In this document: positions 62,556 through 64,000 of the stretch, in pieces
Layout: every line of letters starts with the position of its first letter
How positions within the stretch are numbered: position 1 is the stretch's first letter
Virus record (IMG/VR): IMGVR_UViG_3300035428_000406
Reading direction: 5' to 3' (one strand)
DNA from: an uncultured virus (IMG/VR IMGVR_UViG_3300035428_000406)
Taxonomy: Duplodnaviria; Heunggongvirae; Uroviricota; Caudoviricetes
Length of the DNA stretch: 64,000 nt
Notes under the pieces: model-generated
What the model was told of the DNA's origin: nothing
What the model saw: the letters and a program-made list of their open reading frames with translations, nothing else
The model's database searches: none
Translations under genes and position numbers: made by a program

Positions 62556-62638
62556 TGGGACAACAGGCAGGGGTCGAACCTGCGCATGTGACACTCAATT
62601 ACCTGTTGAGCCGCTCTACCAACTGAGCTACTGTTGTC
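62556..62638 (-). tRNA. Non-canonical tRNA, anticodon GGT (Thr-like), encoded CCA
   Basis: GACAACAG/CTGTTGTC 8-bp acceptor, D arm GCTC-AGTTGGTA-GAGC, stem GCTCAA/TTGAGT with loop CAGGTAA, T arm GCAGG-TTCGACC-CCTGC. Confidence 0.7.
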
Positions 62639-62832
62639 TGGGTCAATATGTAGGGCAGCGACTTAACGCTGCATTAAAAGTCATACTTGCTACTCACGCT
62701 CATAGCGTCCGTTCATGTGTATCGCATCGGGTATTTTATCCCCCAGATTAGCTACCGTCTCGCTATGTATGAGTTGAGGTACGCGTACCTTGCGAGGTCA
62801 GGCCACCCGCTATGGGCCGTTTTTATTGAGTG

Positions 62833-62911
62833 TGGACGGAGCAGGACTCGAACCTGCAACCACCGGCTTTCGTTAACCGGCCTCTATCCGATTGAGTTTA
62901 TGTACCCGTCC
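62833..62911 (-). tRNA. tRNA-like RNA 3, Arg(ACG)-like with altered loops
   Basis: Acceptor GGACGGG/TCCGTCC, D arm CTC-AATCGGATA-GAG, CCGG-TTAACGAAAG-CCGG, T arm GCAGG-TTCGAGT-CCTGC; about 5 extra nt before the D arm. Confidence 0.6.
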
Positions 62912-62918
62912 GGGCTGA

Positions 62919-63182
62919 CTATCTGAAATAGTCCTGTTTGTTATCTTTGAGCCTTTGAAGTTCTGAAACCTTGTATTCCAACTTTTGTATGCGCTTACAA
63001 GGCTCAATTTTTCCTGTATCTCGCCACCGCTCGACGTTCGATCGACCGAAGCGGCGAAATGCCTCATTTTGGCAGATGTATTCCGGCTCTTCCTTTTTGC
63101 GTATCCGCTCTGCAAGAGCGTCGGCAAGGTCGTTGAGGAATACCGCATAGGGCACGGCTCTATCGCTAAACTGTATTGTCAT
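62919..63182 (-). CDS. Excisionase-like small DNA-binding protein
   Basis: ICQNEAFRRFGRSNVERWRDTGKI, winged-helix-like pattern. Confidence 0.55.
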   Translation of the reverse strand: MTIQFSDRAVPYAVFLNDLADALAERIRKKEEPEYICQNEAFRRFGRSNVERWRDTGKIEPCKRIQKLEYKVSELQRLKDNKQDYFR

Positions 63183-63327
63183 ATCCTATTTGCTCTTTGG
63201 TTATCTTCCACTTCAGGCCGGTGACCGTCTGCAAATGTGCCTTAATCTCCTTTGCTTTGGCGAGAGTGTCGGCCCATGCTTCAGTGTGATTGTCACGGCC
63301 AACCGGCCTGATGTAGTATCGTATCAT
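63166..63327 (-). CDS. Small hypothetical protein (53 aa)
   Basis: MIRYYIRPVG; 4-nt overlap with the upstream gene; 3' part of the 63166-63597 track ORF. Confidence 0.5.
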   Translation of the reverse strand: MIRYYIRPVGRDNHTEAWADTLAKAKEIKAHLQTVTGLKWKITKEQIGYDNTV

Positions 63328-63554
63328 GATTTTACCCTTACTTGTTTGGCATTGTGTTCGCGCAGCTCCTTGAGTGAAGCCCGGAAAAACATTAGATAGC
63401 CACTGACATAGCCGATAATCGCGAAGCACACGGCGCAGAAGATTTGCCCTGCGAATAGGCAACGAAGGCTGTATGAAGCACCAAACAGGATAACCAACAC
63501 GGAGAAGACGACCTGACCGACGTAGAATATTTTTGCTAATGTTCGCATAGTCAT
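63324..63554 (-). CDS. Small two-TM membrane protein
   Basis: Two hydrophobic helices. Confidence 0.6.
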   Translation of the reverse strand: MTMRTLAKIFYVGQVVFSVLVILFGASYSLRCLFAGQIFCAVCFAIIGYVSGYLMFFRASLKELREHNAKQVRVKS

Positions 63555-63560
63555 TATCGT

Positions 63561-63725
63561 TTAGAGTGTTTCTTGTACGGAGTCGTAGAGTTCCCAACGC
63601 AGGTCGGTCAATCGTTCGCGAGCTTCCTCTGTGTCGGCGTAATGGATAAGAATGTCGATGTCGCGGTAACGCCAGCGGCTGATATTCTCGGCTTTCTTGA
63701 TGAGTTCTTTGTCGAAGTCGGTCAT
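63561..63725 (-). CDS. Small hypothetical protein (54 aa, not in ORF track)
   Basis: MTDFDKELIKKAENISRWRYRDID... Confidence 0.55.
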   Translation of the reverse strand: MTDFDKELIKKAENISRWRYRDIDILIHYADTEEARERLTDLRWELYDSVQETL

Positions 63726-63736
63726 GGCATTAGGTT

Positions 63737-63970
63737 TTAATAGGGTTCAACTCCGGCAGCGATAAAGGCGGCTTCTTCATCGACCGAGCCACACCATGTG
63801 TCGAGATATTCGTTGGTGGCCTGATAGGTGTTGTCGTCGTGGGCATAGCCACGAGCGGCGCAGAAAGCCGACCATGATATTTCGGCGCGCATTTCATCGA
63901 GTGCTACCTGATTGGACTTGCAGCCGGAGAGAGCGGCCATGATTGCGAGAGTGAGAATTATTTTCTTCAT
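63737..63970 (-). CDS. Small lipoprotein
   Basis: MKKIILTLAIMAALSGC lipobox. Confidence 0.75.
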   Translation of the reverse strand: MKKIILTLAIMAALSGCKSNQVALDEMRAEISWSAFCAARGYAHDDNTYQATNEYLDTWCGSVDEEAAFIAAGVEPY

Positions 63971-64000
63971 GTTTGTAGATGTTTATGCGGTAGCAACTCC

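Larger units (their letters stand above)
1..64000. mobile_element. Temperate Bacteroidales phage/prophage, probably short-tailed; ends/att sites not visible
   Basis: Integrase, terminase, portal, capsid, lysis, replication and recombination modules fill the window; no host housekeeping genes and no tape-measure gene recognised. Confidence 0.93.

Noticed and set aside
1..64000. Additional remote DGR variable repeats
   Set aside because: None found by eye; a local alignment of the TR against both strands is needed to exclude them

Overview
The whole window is a temperate tailed phage or prophage of a Bacteroidales host. Evidence for the host group: TAnnTTTG promoters, A/T-rich starts without Shine-Dalgarno, Bacteroidetes-type integrase, and DUF4373/DUF4494-like genes. 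Layout from the left: tyrosine integrase; a non-coding iteron-like repeat region; small terminase-like gene; putative ejection proteins; a 5904-aa polyvalent DarB-like protein (ParB-like, pyrophosphatase-like, N6-adenine MTase, SF2 helicase, metallopeptidase motifs); portal (+) facing a minus-strand operon of large terminase, rhomboid protease and a possible regulator; scaffold and major capsid; a 2841-aa adhesin diversified by a complete diversity-generating retroelement (VR 39587-39701, TR 39899-40013, RT 40174-41847); lysis genes; three paralogous ring-like proteins; a tail protein; then a long leftward early region (YopX, dUTPase, loader ATPase, initiator, HU, SNF2 helicase, exonuclease, RecT). 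Most notable: (1) a phage rhomboid protease together with a capsid protein carrying a hydrophobic N-terminal leader; (2) two protein-like +1-frame ORFs overprinted in linkers of the giant gene; (3) six copies of a fixed-spacing promoter (WASWTAA-N24-TAnnTTYG) in front of morphogenesis and lysis units; (4) three non-canonical tRNA-like RNAs interleaved with terminators; (5) a DGR RT with a palm insertion and a fused C-terminal domain. All family names come from motif recognition by eye; no database searches were run.
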